Notes under the pieces: model-generated | Database searches by the model: none | Seen by the model: only the letters and a program-made list of their open reading frames with translations | Told to the model about the DNA's origin: nothing | In this document: in pieces, positions 14,335 through 29,501 of the stretch | Layout: each line of letters starts with the position of its first letter | How positions within the stretch are numbered: position 1 is the first letter of the stretch | Source of the DNA: Eledone cirrhosa | Lineage: Eukaryota | DNA: 64,000 bases | Direction: 5' to 3' | Assembly (NCBI GenBank): GCA_964016885.1 | Contig: OZ024755.1 | Span: forward strand, 30,318,001-30,382,000 | Position numbers and translations under genes: made by a program

Positions 14335-15001
14335 TGCAGATTGGACTGGAGTTTACGGGAAATGGGGACTCAGGCCCAAGGAGACAATGTGCAGCTAGAA
14401 ATCGAAATCTCAGGAAAAGATCGTTGGACAGATTTTACGGACAAAACCAGCCGACGGAAGACCCGGGGGAAGACTCCGTGCAATATGAGTGGATAACATC
14501 CAAGACTTTGGCTGGTCTCGCTTGGGGATCCAGCCCGACCAGTTGGAAGCGGTTGTTTCTGATAGGACCCACTGGAGGGAGTGTTTGAGGACTTTGCCCC
14601 CACGACCCTCTCAAGAATAAGTAGACGAAGAAGAAGATGCAGAAGAAGAAGAAGAAGAAGAAGAAGAAGAAGAAGAAGAAGAAGAAGAAGAAGAAGAAGA
14701 AGAAGAAGAAGAAGAAGCAGATGCAGAAGAAGAAGATGCAGAAGAAGAAGAAGAAGAAGAAGAAGAAGAAGAAGAAGAAGAAGAAGAAGAAGAAGAAGAT
14801 GCAGAAGAAGAAGAAGATGAAGAAGAAGAAGAAGAAGAAGAAGATGCAGAAGATGCAGAAGAAGAAGAAGAAGATGCAGAAGATGCAGAAGAAGAAGAAG
14901 AAGAAGAAGAAGAAGAAGAAGAAGAAGAAGAAGAAGAAAATGCAGAAGATGCAGAAGAAGAAGAAGAAGAAGAAGAAGAAGAAGAAGAAGAAGAAGAAGA
15001 G

Positions 15002-15063
<62 letters not shown>

Positions 15064-15083
15064 TTTACATACGCAATTCCCAA
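14335..15083 (+). mobile_element. Second RTE-type LINE 3' relic with long (GAA)n and (TAG)n tail
   Basis: Homologous to 13350-13565. Ends in the same TTTTACATACGCAATTCCCAAG. Confidence 0.7.
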
Positions 15084-15325
15084 GTTATAAAAAAAATCAC
15101 AATACGCTCTATAAGATAAATAGTAGAGCAGTTGGGTTAAGTTATAATCAGTGGTAAGAATGTTATTGGCCGTGCTTGCCCTGTGTCAAGTATCATCAGG
15201 AGTTTCAACTCTAGATTCACAACATTGGTCAAGTATGGGACAAGCCCTGAAGTTGGACATGAGATTGATTTCATGGCTGGTCACTTTATCGAACACGTCA
15301 TTAATTTTGTTAGAGAACAAGGAAT

Positions 15326-15353
15326 AATATATATATATATATGTATATGTGTG

Positions 15354-15386
<33 letters not shown>

Positions 15387-15558
15387 ATACATACATATAT
15401 ACATATATATATATACATATATATATATATACATATATATATATATGCATATATATATACATATATATATGCATATATATATACATATATATATACATAT
15501 ATATATATGCATATATTTATACATATATATGCATATATATATGCATATATATATATGC

Positions 15559-15607
<49 letters not shown>

Positions 15608-15666
15608 CATATATATGTATATATATATACATATATATACATATATATATACATATATATAAATAC

Positions 15667-15699
<33 letters not shown>

Positions 15700-15754
15700 C
15701 ATATATATAAATACATATATATATATACATATATATACATATATATATATATAT

Positions 15755-15799
<45 letters not shown>

Positions 15800-15800
15800 C

Positions 15801-15840
<40 letters not shown>

Positions 15841-15878
15841 AGATACATACATACATATATATATATACACATATATGT

Positions 15879-15933
<55 letters not shown>

Positions 15934-15948
15934 TGTATATATATATAT
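15326..15948. repeat. (TA)n/(TACA) microsatellite expansion
   Basis: Seen directly. Confidence 0.95.
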
Positions 15949-16447
15949 GGTGGCTGCCAACTCGTTTTCGAGTACGGCCACTACTTTATATCCATGTAGG
16001 AGAACCCCTACCGATGCGCTGAACAAGTGTGACTTTTTAGTCCAGCCAGCGACTTGAAAACTCTGGTACAAACACTACACCTGTGACAATTATTGACACA
16101 TAGTGCTTGGCCCATTGTACCATGTGACGACAAGTGCAGAGAGATCTCCAGATATAAAGCAATGCCTGTGCCGTGAAGCTTTTATAGTGAGCAAAGGCAC
16201 TGCACAAAGCCAGTCCCACTCTCTTAACCAACATGATATTTACCAAAAAGAAGAACAAGTCAACATCATTGGATACCATCAGGGTTGCAGGTGTTATATC
16301 AGAGTTTTCCTTCTCCTAGAATTCTGCCTTGACAAAGGCTAAGGGGTCATCTCTCTCAGTGATTTTGGATGGCCATTGACTCTTAAGAGCTCCTTTGCCC
16401 TTTGACAGGTTTTGTTTTTAGTCCTGCAGGATGTCCAAAGTCACCCA
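15949..16447 (-). mobile_element. Degenerate RTE-like LINE 3' end between (TA)n tracts
   Basis: Minus-strand relic ending in a C2H2-like [17 protein letters not shown], similar to the motif at ~26140-26200. Confidence 0.5.
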
Positions 16448-18660
<2,213 letters not shown>

Positions 18661-18947
18661 AATGGGGTGTTCACTTACAAATTTGTGTCTTCTTAAGCCG
18701 CTTCGAGGTAGAGCTTCAATGCACTGACGATTGATATGATTTATAGCCATACTGGAATCAATAACGGTGATTCTTTAGTTAAAGGTCGTTCGATTTCACT
18801 AATATTTCCATTTTTATTTTTAGCTTGCTGACTCTTCTTCTGGGTTATAAAAATATTGCTGATCACGCACAAATTCTAAATTCCTATTTTATTGTTCTAT
18901 ATATTGTATGGCCAATCTGAACACACAGAACATTGTAAAAACGTATT

Positions 18948-19392
18948 ATTATTATGGTATTATGCGGTGGATTGGCAGTATCGATAGAGAGTCGGACGCC
19001 ATGTTTTCCAGCATAGTTACGTCCCTTTACCGTCTGAGTTCAAATCCCGCCGAGGTTAACTTTATTTTATCGACCCCGTAAGGATGAAAGGCAAAGTACC
19101 AGTCACGCACTGGTGTCGATTTAATCGCCCCCCCCCCCGAAAAAAAAATTGCTGGCCTTATGCCTATATAAGAAACCATTATTATGGTATTATGCGGTGG
19201 ATTGGCAGTATCGGTAGAGAGTCGGACGCCATGTTTTCCACCATAGTTACGTCCCTTTACGGTCTGAGTTCAAATCCCGCCGAGGTTAACTTTGGCTTTC
19301 ATCCTTACGAGGTCGATAGAATAAAGTACCAGTAATGTACTGGCTAATTGCAGGCCTTGTGCCAAAAGCAGAAACAATTATTATGGTATTAT
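18948..19392 (+). mobile_element. Two tandem SINE copies (Meta-like family); the first has an internal inversion
   Basis: Heads at 18965 and 19195. In copy 1 the segment ~19060-19096 is the reverse complement of the core. Confidence 0.8.
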
Positions 19393-19880
19393 GAAATACA
19401 AAAGATTCTACAACTGTTTCCGTTATACATTTCCGTGAAATACTTCATCATGTTGCAGTTCTGCCTCATTAAGACTACCTATAGTAAAATTATTCTAGTT
19501 GGAAGCCAGGCAATATCTTTGATTAGTAACCAAAGCGTACTCAGAGTGAATTATTCTCACGAACAAATCAATAGTTTTATTTCTTTTTCTAGGACTTTGT
19601 ATATCATTCACTCGCCACATCACCACTTTTACCATTTGTTCTCATCTAATACACGTTCACTTATGATTTGTGCTGCTGTTTTATCTGCTAAAAATTTCAG
19701 CCTCATCGTCAGAAAAATTCACCAAACTATCTCAAAAATAGAGGGATATCTGCCGATACTGCCAAATAATAATAGTTAACCAATATAAATCATAATATTA
19801 CCCTATATGAAAAAATTCCTATACCAGGTTTTAGTGTATCGATGTATTTCCAATTTTCGAACTACACCAAAACATGTCCT

Positions 19881-19918
<38 letters not shown>

Positions 19919-21047
19919 TGATGTTTGCGTACCCCCCCCCCCCCCCCCCACACACACACCCACAACAAACGTGATCATTCCCAGCTATAAACAAGTCTTG
20001 GAGGGACGGTAAATATTATTAGCAATACATCTGCTTAAACTATATTAAAATTAAGTATACACATATATAGCACATATACAAACACAAAAGCACAAAGGCA
20101 TTTATTGAGATAGATTAAATTGTTCATTGAGGAATAGATTGCTTAATTGATATCTGAGCCACATGTGTAACAAGGCATCTGGAGCGTAGAACAATCAATA
20201 TCATAGTTTAGTTCATTACCTGTTTCACGATATTAACCGGTTAATGTTCCACTGGAAACACTTCACTACCTCCATTTTAATGAAATATAAGGGGGGGGGG
20301 ACAAGACATTATAACTCATTTATCTAATCGTATATTTCTTGATAGTTAACCACAAGTCACTGCAGTAAATCTTGCCATTTCTCTTGGCAAACCATGGTTT
20401 GCCCTGTCAGCTCACGTAATCGCTCCTCGTAATGTAACTTCCCATCAATCTTACTATTACTGCAGTAGGAATTAAGTAAATGCCGTTATACCGACAGCGA
20501 TAAATGTCCCAGTTAGGCGTTTATTAAACTGCTTTAGTAGTGAGGTAAGTATTGATGTAAAAAAAAAAAAAAAGTAATTATGTTTTATAGGCAGTTCCTT
20601 GGCATCGGTGAAACCACTACAGAAGAAAGCACGAGTATCAAGATTGGACATTTCTAAAAAGAAATAAAACAACAACGAGGAAAATCACGAACGGAAAGAA
20701 AAAAAGCAATTAAATATTCTTAATGCTAATTTTGATACTTTGTTTACTGATGATTTCAGTTAACTGACAGGGAAAAAGACGAAAACAAAAATGATATAAT
20801 TTAATATTAAAACAACATTTGATCATTTGCATTTATCACTTTACAGTCGCCTTATTTTTAATGTGTACTTTTACTGCGATATCCTGATTGGTTCGTTGCA
20901 TTTGCAGTTTGTGCTGTGTTTTAAATTTAGATGTACTTTTGTATAGAATATATATACAACGTGATATGTGAGTAGTGAATATTTCTGTAAATTTCCTGAA
21001 TCTTATGTAGATGTAGATGTCCCAGTGTTTTTGTTATATTTGTCTAA

Positions 21048-21205
21048 GGGCGATGGATTGGCAGAATCGGTAGAGGGTCGGACGCCATGATTTGACCCAA
21101 AGAGTTACGGCCTTTTCCATTCTGAGTTCAAATCTCGCCGAGGTTAACTTTGCCTTTCATCCTTACGGGATCGATAAAATAAAGTTATCGATAAAATAAA
21201 GTTAT
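21048..21205 (+). mobile_element. SINE (Meta-like family), 3'-truncated
   Basis: Family head and core. Confidence 0.8.
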
Positions 21206-21351
21206 GAATCATGTGAATAAGGAACCGACTGGCGCAGCAACCCCGATGACACAATTGCTCGATAGCTTGACTAAGGCATAGAACGTAAAGCAATATATTT
21301 CAGTCCAATGGCTATGATAAAATCGGCATGTATGATAAACGAAGCTAGTTA

Positions 21352-21868
21352 ACATTTTTATGTGTCACTGGATGCAGAATCAAAGGCTAGAACGAAAAGT
21401 ATCTCCACACTTTTGTAATGAATTTTACGAAAGATGGTTGAGAACAACCAATTAAATGTTCCATGTGATGATCGCTATTTCGAAACATTTTGAAGACCAT
21501 ACGTTATCATTTTAATGTCACGAAAAGAAGTAAGTGACATATATTGTACAAGAGTGTATTTATCTTAGTTATTACGTAGTAACCTCCTGATGAAAAGCAG
21601 GTCCTAGCGAGATTCGAAGCACTACATCTTAGTAGTTTATCCCAGGTAGGTGATATTGAGTGACGGAGTAATGGTGGTAGTTAAGACGGGATTTAATCAC
21701 CATAATTGTTTATTGCATTATATAAATTTCTGTTACATTTTTATGTGTCACTGGGTGCAGAATCAAAGGCTAGAACGAAAAGTATCTCCACACTTCTCTA
21801 ATGAAATTTACGAAAGATGGTTGAGAGCAACCAATTAAATGTTCCATGTGATGATCGCTATTTCGAAA
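21352..21868. repeat. ~135-bp direct repeat pair (21352-21486 / 21735-21868)
   Basis: Near-identical ACATTTTTATGTGTCACTGG...GATCGCTATTTCGAAA copies 383 bp apart. Confidence 0.85.
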
Positions 21869-22967
21869 GGGGGTATGTCTGAAATGACAATGTCTATGTC
21901 GGGTACATTGTAATATCGTTTTAATTTAGTATTCAATTTTCAAGTCATTTCAATTTCTCCATCGCCATATTTTCGGTATGTTCATATGTGTTGTCATTAG
22001 TTTTCTTGTTTATCTGTCTAGTTTTGCCATTTCACTTAAATTCTTGTTGATTGAATATAGCTTATTAGTGAAACAGTTATATTTAGCATTTAGTTCAGTT
22101 TTTAATATTAATTTGCTTCTATTATTTTACTTCATAGTTTCTTCTTTTATTTCTGTTACACTATGTCTAGTGAATTATTTTCTAAGTTTTTGTAAGTCTG
22201 TAGTTGGATCTATTACTTTATTTCTGTTTATTTTATAGCGACGTTTTTTTTTTGTTTTTTTTTATTTTCGTCAAGGTGACATTGGTGCTTTTTTTGCCAA
22301 ATTACTTTACATACCAATTTGCCTAATGTGTTCGCTTGAAGTTTTCAACTAAATATCCTGTTACTCGTCTCATCATACTGTTTGAGGGCATTCAATTTAC
22401 AAAAGATGGTTGTCAGTCCATTTATAACACATCTAGTCATATACACAGCCTAGCTTACATATTACATAAAATTAATTGCGCCAAATAAAAGACGGAGAAA
22501 GAAATTCCCCTTTCCATATTCATATTCCAATAAAGATCTGTTGGGTTTAGAAACATTGGCGTTAGATCGATAGGATGATTAGAACGTCGACGAAAATGTC
22601 CAGCGTTATATGTCTCGGATTGTTATGATCTGAGTTCAAATCCCACCGAGGTGGATCTTGCTCATCTTCTTACAGAGGTCTATAAATAAAGTACAAATAT
22701 ATGATGGTGTCGATAGAATCGACTTCCTCTTCCTCCATAAGCTGTTGGTCTTCTGCTTCAATTAGAAATTATTATCATTATCTTCATCATCAACATAATC
22801 ACCACCATTATCATCATCATCTTGTTTACACAGCACAGGTCCGGGGACCTTGGAAGGTGCAGTGTTGTTTGGTGTAGTTAGTTCCTATTCTATGTAAATT
22901 ACTCTCCCTATTGTGTACAGTTGCTACTAGTGCTAATTTATCGATTTATCGATATCACCTCAATAAT

Positions 22968-23130
22968 AATTGTTTCTACTTTTGGCACAAGGCCAGCAAT
23001 TATCCCAGTGTATTACTGGTACTTTATTTTATCGATCCCGTGAGGATGAAAGGCAAAGCTAACCTTGACGGGATTTGAACTCAGACCATAAAGGACCGTA
23101 ACTCAAAGCATGGCGTCCGACACTCTACCT
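22968..23130 (-). mobile_element. SINE (Meta-like family)
   Basis: Reverse complement of the family sequence. Confidence 0.85.
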
Positions 23131-23182
23131 CAGTAATAATAATAATGGTTTCTTATATTATATTACATATAATATAAGAAAC

Positions 23183-23268
<86 letters not shown>

Positions 23269-23272
<4 letters not shown>

Positions 23273-23632
23273 AAAGAATAGAGGTGTAACACACAAGTTA
23301 TTATATATTGGTAAACGGAATAGAAAATGCTGACAAATTGTTCACAGTTGAAAAATGGTTTAATTAGGAATAAAAGAGTATTAGTAATTGTATGGGTTAG
23401 TATTCAGTTGTGGTTTTAAGTTTTTACCGGTTGCGCATTTCTAAATGCTTTTCAAAAATAATTTTGAGATAGAGTGTCCGTGTTGTTTGCTCTGATCTGA
23501 GCAAACAACACGGACACTCTATCTCAAAATTATTTTTGAAAAGCATTTAGAAATGCGCAACCGGTAAAAACTTAAAAACTTAAAACCACAACTGAATACT
23601 AACCCATACAATTACTAATTCTCTTTTATTCC

Positions 23633-23638
<6 letters not shown>
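23269..23638. mobile_element. Near-perfect ~135-bp-arm palindrome between (TA)n tracts; PLE-end-like, with an HHR-like motif in each arm
   Basis: Arms 23361-23492 and 23499-23638, centre TGATCT. Motif TTGAAAA-GCATT/AATGC-GCAA-CCGG-TA at 23533-23569 and its mirror at ~23422-23458. Confidence 0.7.
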
Positions 23639-23711
<73 letters not shown>

Positions 23712-23889
23712 GTGGAGTTTTAGTTATATATCACTCTGTATCTCTTTATCATTTCCACAGCAGCTATTATTATAGGGATTTGTTCTGTTTACATTAGCCA
23801 CATAAGATTATTATTTATTTTAGTGTTGTGACTTCAGTCACAGGTTTCATTGCACAGCTGAAATCTGTTCCGTGTGCCTCGTGTACCTG

Positions 23890-24285
23890 CAGAGCTTTGA
23901 TTTGTAATGTGTGGGCAATGCCGAATCATGCAATATTCCTCATGATGTGTATATGTTTGAACCAATGGAATATGCTTATGTATGTTTCTGCTTCGTTTTA
24001 CGTCATTCACAAGGTACGCATCAGTATTAGAATTGTTTCTTCATCCATTTTGTCTCTATTTTCAGATCTGGAAAATTCCTCTATTTATTTAAGACATAGT
24101 CTGATCCCTATTAGATATGATACTTTGATCAACAGGTCCTTATCTGTGGTGATTCTTGACAAGATACCATCGAATACCTTTGAATTCCTTGTGTTTTGCT
24201 AGGTATGATCACTTTGCCGTTTTCAGATCATGTCTCTTAGTATTTGTCAATACCAGATCTTCCATCTTGTCGTTTTCTAATGTTG
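23890..24285 (-). mobile_element. Highly decayed RLE-type (R4-like) LINE 3' fragment
   Basis: Frameshifted minus-strand remnants resembling the RLE C-terminus at 44.4-44.7 kb. Weak. Confidence 0.3.
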
Positions 24286-24984
24286 TTTTAATTTTCCATA
24301 TACGATTCTCCAACACCGATGTTTATGTAAATGAATTCTGTTGGCTAACTCTTGGCAACCAGAGAATTAAAATCGTATTTTTCCTGTCGCTACTCTCTAA
24401 TCCGAATTAAAAATGCATCGTTAAGTGTGCTAGGATAACTTTTAACTATTATGTGGTAGATGTTTGGTGGAAATATTGAACATAGGTGATTTTATTGTGT
24501 TTCAATGTCAGAACAACCATCCAGTTATCTGTCATATTGACCCAGGGAAATTTCTATCGAAAGATATTCGATAATATGGAATTCAACCACCCAATTCAGA
24601 ATACACTTGCAGCTATGTATTTCTTTAAACGTAAAATTAGTTCAGTGATTTGGCAATTGGCCATGACAAGGAAACAAATTAATCTTATAATTGAACACTG
24701 CTTTCAATTATAGTCATAAAAAATATAGGGGAAAACCATCATATTTATTGAAACACATAAATTAGGGCCTGTAGAGAATGTGCGCGTTAACGACATTAGC
24801 TTCAAACTTTCTTTCCACATCCATCACCTTTACGTTTTCAGGATGTCTGTAGGATAATATTATGAGTTTTTGCCGGTGGCGATTAACAAACAGTAAATAA
24901 TATGAACATTATGCATTCGAATGTCAAGAGTGAGTAACAAGTTTTCTGAATAGATCATCTTCGCTTTATTTTTTAGAAAGAGGT

Positions 24985-25069
<85 letters not shown>

Positions 25070-25399
25070 GAAAGAGGGGATGGAAAAGAAATGGTAAGAA
25101 TGTCTGAAAAAGGCTTCCCTGTTCTAGAAAATGTGTGTATGTATGTATGTTCTTCTGGTTATATAATTTCACACATTTTTGCCAATAGAGAGAGAGAGCC
25201 GGTTTCTAACATAGATACAAAACTCTCTCATTGGAATTTACACAGCATCAACTAGGTAGGTATATATGCATGTGTGTGCAGGTGTGGATGTATGTTTTGA
25301 GTTGTATGTGTACATGTGTATATGCTTTATATCTGTACATGTGTATATGCAGTTATTAGATGCAGAATGTTTGGCATGTTTTACATACTGTTCCATTAA

Positions 25400-25765
25400 T
25401 GGATTGTACTTGTAATTTCCTAACTAGTTGTGTTCTTTCTGTTTCTGTTCAGCCCAGCTTCTCAAGATTTGTATTGAGGCAGTTACTAACATATCGCAGT
25501 GCCCCAATAACCACAGGCATAAATCTGAAGGTATAGTCAGGGTGGAGTATCTGCAGATTTCTCATCAGTTCTGCATAAATATTCTCCTTTTCGCTAATCT
25601 TTGATATTATATTGGCATCTGATGGACAGCTACCTTCCACTACTGTCCATGCCTTCTTTTCCCTGTCCTATATCATTATATCTGGTCTGTTATGCCTGCA
25701 TTTTATTGGGGTTTTTACTGCAACATTCCACCAGTACTCTTTCATATGTATATGTATGTCTTCCA
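25400..25765 (-). mobile_element. RLE-type (R4/Dong-like) LINE 3' fragment
   Basis: Peptide SCPSDANI.SKISEKENIYAELMRNL..LHPDYTFRFMPVVIGAL matches the RLE C-terminal pattern also seen at 44.4-44.6 kb (VVPIVIGALG). Confidence 0.7.
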
Positions 25766-25827
25766 CATTGCTGTAGCTTTTAATGTGTTTTTATGGATGT
25801 ATGTGTGCATGTATGTATGAATGTATG

Positions 25828-26300
25828 TAGGATCAAGTCAGGTAGTGAACACTTTGAAACTCGTCGGAGAGAACATCTTCCACTGAAAAGGAAGGTAAGA
25901 AAAGGGACTGTTTTGAACTGCATGCTGTTGAGCATCATCCGGTTTGCCGGCACTGTGGTCGAGTCTGCCCGAGTAAAGCTGGTTTGACTAGACACGAACA
26001 AAGTCATATCAGTAGACCTCATGTAGATTATGATCTGAAACGGTGTAAGGAGTGTGCTAGCATGGGAGGTCTTAAAAGACACATGAGAACACACAGTCAG
26101 AACAAAGCAATGGAAAGTCCCGGATGAGCCTAAAGTTGCCATGTATGTGCCAGAGGGTGCAAGTCTTTGGGTGGTTTAAAGAGCCACATTCGTGCCTCAC
26201 ATTTTTGAGTATTTTATCAGGCGATGGCAATTCTTGAACACGTGTTTGCAGCCATCATGTATGTATAACTCATTTAGGTTTATTTTTAGCTCTACGCAGG

Positions 26301-26305
<5 letters not shown>
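25828..26305 (+). mobile_element. RTE-like LINE C-terminal relic with three C2H2 zinc-finger motifs
   Basis: FETRRREHLPLKRKVRK, then after a frameshift CRHCGRVCPSKAGLTRHEQSH, CKEC..GGLKRHMRTH and CHVCARGCKSLGGLKSHIRASH. Internal stops. Ends in (TA)n. Confidence 0.6.
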
Positions 26306-26375
<70 letters not shown>

Positions 26376-27312
26376 TGGCACTCAGTCGGTTACGACGATG
26401 ACTGTTCCAATCTATTCTATCAATGATATAGCATTCTCGTGAAATAGACAGCAGAATCAGTAAGGTTTCCAATAAAATACATTGAGGCATTTGGAGATGG
26501 CACTTTATCTTCATGAAAAATTAACTAAAATCAATCATCACTTTTCATATTGTGTCCCCTTAAATTGATAAAATAAGTAGAAGATAAAAAAAAAACGTGT
26601 GGCGATATAATTGAATGAAACTCTTGAAGGCGTATGGCCCTGGCACAATGTATGGAGTATTAACAATAAAAATAAAATATATGAAATATAATAATTATAT
26701 AAAGCTAAGAAGAATGTATATTTGAATATATACAGAAAGACATATTTAGAAATATATATTCGTCAATAAATTGGCCTCTGTTTATATATGAAATATTTCT
26801 ATTCGTAATGCAGAGGGATGAAGTGTGTGCACATATCATGAAGTAGATAATGAGAAACGTGAAATATTGGTTCATAAAAAGCTAAGAATATCTTTGAACA
26901 TGAGATATTTCTAGATATGATGCAGTGGACTTAAGTGAACAAAAAAGTCATAACGTTAATAAAGAGAAATGATAAACACCATTGCATGCAGAGTCACGTC
27001 AATCTTTCTGTATAAGATATAAGATATAAATAGATGAGGAGAGTGGATGTTCGGTTGTGAGAAAATATTAAAAGGTTGATATCGTGTAAAGAGAACGATA
27101 TGGTGAACATGTTAGTTAAACTATGAATATTGGAAGGGATATGAAGTTCCTTCAAATTTGAGTGTATATGTGAAGGTGTGAAGTGGTGGTTTATAGCTGT
27201 ATTAAAATAGGGTTTGTTCCTATATACATGCAAGATTTGGCAAAAATTCATACATTTTCTCGTATATATTACAAAACACCTATCTAAATATGCACACGTA
27301 CGAAAAACAGAG

Positions 27313-27363
<51 letters not shown>

Positions 27364-28020
27364 ATAATGTTTTCATGCAATCTAAGAGAATATATATAAT
27401 TTTGTTGCGTGAAACGTTCTCTCATTTTTTTATCAGAAGAATTTTCTTTCTGTGATGTCATGTATGAAGGATAACTTATACAATTTCTCTTATTGGAATG
27501 CATGTCACGCATGCGGGCATATCTGATGGATTCAATTGGAATCTTAACTAAACCATTCCACTGCACTCTACGTTAGTGTTTATATATATATATATATATA
27601 TATATACAGAGAGAGAGAGTATCAGAGAAAGAGAGAGAGATAGATAGATAGATAGATTTCTATTTATTTCCACTAGGGCGCAAAAGAAGGGGACAAATAC
27701 AAGAGGGGAGTTTACACAAAAAGGCGAGTAAAGAAAACAAATAACAAATATAAAATTAACAATAAAGTCCTCAATAGGGAGGGGGCGTTGGGGGGGGGGT
27801 CGCACACACACCCGAAAAAAGTGTGCAACCCCTTCTCCTCAGGAGCACAGAGAGAGATAGATAGATAGTTAGATAGATAGGTATACACAGGTATATGTTT
27901 GTGTGTGCGTAAGAATGTATGTGTGGATATCTGCTTAAATATACCTATGAATATATGTATATATATGTGTGTGTATATATATATGTGTATATATATATAT
28001 TTATATACACACACACACTC

Positions 28021-28051
<31 letters not shown>

Positions 28052-28465
28052 GAGACAGAGAGGAGGGGGAAGAGAGATTTGTGTGTATATACACACATAT
28101 ATCTATATATTAGAGAGATAGATAGAGAGAGAAGGGGGACAGAGAGAGATATGTGTATATATATATACGCATATATATTATGTCTGTGTGGCTGTATGCA
28201 TGTACTTGAACGAGTGTGTGCATGTGATTATGTGTATATATATATGTGTGCATCTAATATTGTATGATCATGCTTACAAGCTTATACTGTTGTTTCCTCT
28301 ACCCTTTACCGAACACTTCCAATCGAATGCCTTTATATATTATATTATATAATCCATTGTGTTTAAATTTGGAAAAGACACAGGAAATTGTCGTGTACAT
28401 GGCCTAAAACACGGCGCCATTTTTAGTATAAGGTTTTTATTTAATATTTCTTTCATGTAAACTGA

Positions 28466-28515
<50 letters not shown>

Positions 28516-28744
28516 TAAATTAGCGAGAATCGTATTTCGGCTTTGGAAATTAGCTAAAAACAACTTCCGAGATGTGTGGCAAGCGCTCAATAATTCTAAC
28601 GAACCAGAGCTACAACATACGTTAAAAGGCCAAACACACTGAGACGAGAGAAAAGAAAAAAAGATGAAATCGAAAATGCAAAAAGATGAAATAGAAAATG
28701 CATAAATCTCAGTGTGAGAAAAACCACAGACCCTCCATCTCAAC

Positions 28745-28786
28745 TCTACTTTTGAAAAGCAGAAGAACTGCGAAACCGGTAAAGGA
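28745..28786 (+). ncRNA. Minimal type I hammerhead, U3:A8 core variant
   Basis: Stem I CTT/AAG (plus TC/GA past a bulge). Core TTGAAAA 28752-58. Stem II GCAG/CTGC. GAAA 28772-75. CCGG stem III. GUA site. AATAAA follows. Lies in a TA-flanked cassette with a short inverted repeat (28657-81 / 28828-52). Confidence 0.65.
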
Positions 28787-28917
28787 ACCAAATAAATATA
28801 TATATTTTTTTTAAAAATAAGACTCCAGTTGCATTTTCGATTTCATCTTTTTTTCATTATACTTTCACTCGTGTAGGACACCTCGGTTATTTTTCATTTT
28901 GTAAAAAAAAAACTCAC

Positions 28918-28960
<43 letters not shown>

Positions 28961-29501
28961 TGCAGATGCATACGCGCATGCGTGTACATAAATTTATAGA
29001 GAAGAATATTTAAATGCGGAGTACAAAGAAATAACGAAATAAAGGAACAGCGAGGGAGGCTGGCTGATAAATTGCTTTTTTCCACACCTATATATTAGCA
29101 GAAATAATGGGTTGTTTAAAGGGTAATAGATAAATAAATATATATATATAATATGCTATAACAATAGTATATGACAGCACAACACATGACTGCATGAATT
29201 AAGTTGCTTGTGAGATGGTTGAAAATATATTGACATGTAAATACCTTGAAGAAATACTTTCTTGTATAGGTACTTAGATCTTTCATTTTATATCTCAACA
29301 TATATGTCAAATCTTATTAGAATTATTACAATGTTTAAGAGAATTGGACTACATATCTCAGAATATGAGAAATTCCTAGCTCATAATTTCCTATCTGAAA
29401 TCAGAATTATAGCCAAACAGAGGTTAATGTTTTACTGATTTTAATTATTTACTGCGGCCATGTTGGTACATGGCCTTGATTTAATCGTCCAAATTGACCT
29501 C

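Noticed and set aside
14370-15083. Poly-L/K/R ORFs
   Set aside because: (GAA)n and (TAG)n microsatellites.
15160-15325. Minus-strand CTGATGA plus hairpin (possible HHR relic)
   Set aside because: No GAAA/stem III half.
20545-20667. GTAAGT donor plus a candidate terminal exon (SSLASVKPLQKKARVSRLDISKKK*)
   Set aside because: No consistent upstream reading frame and no recognisable protein.
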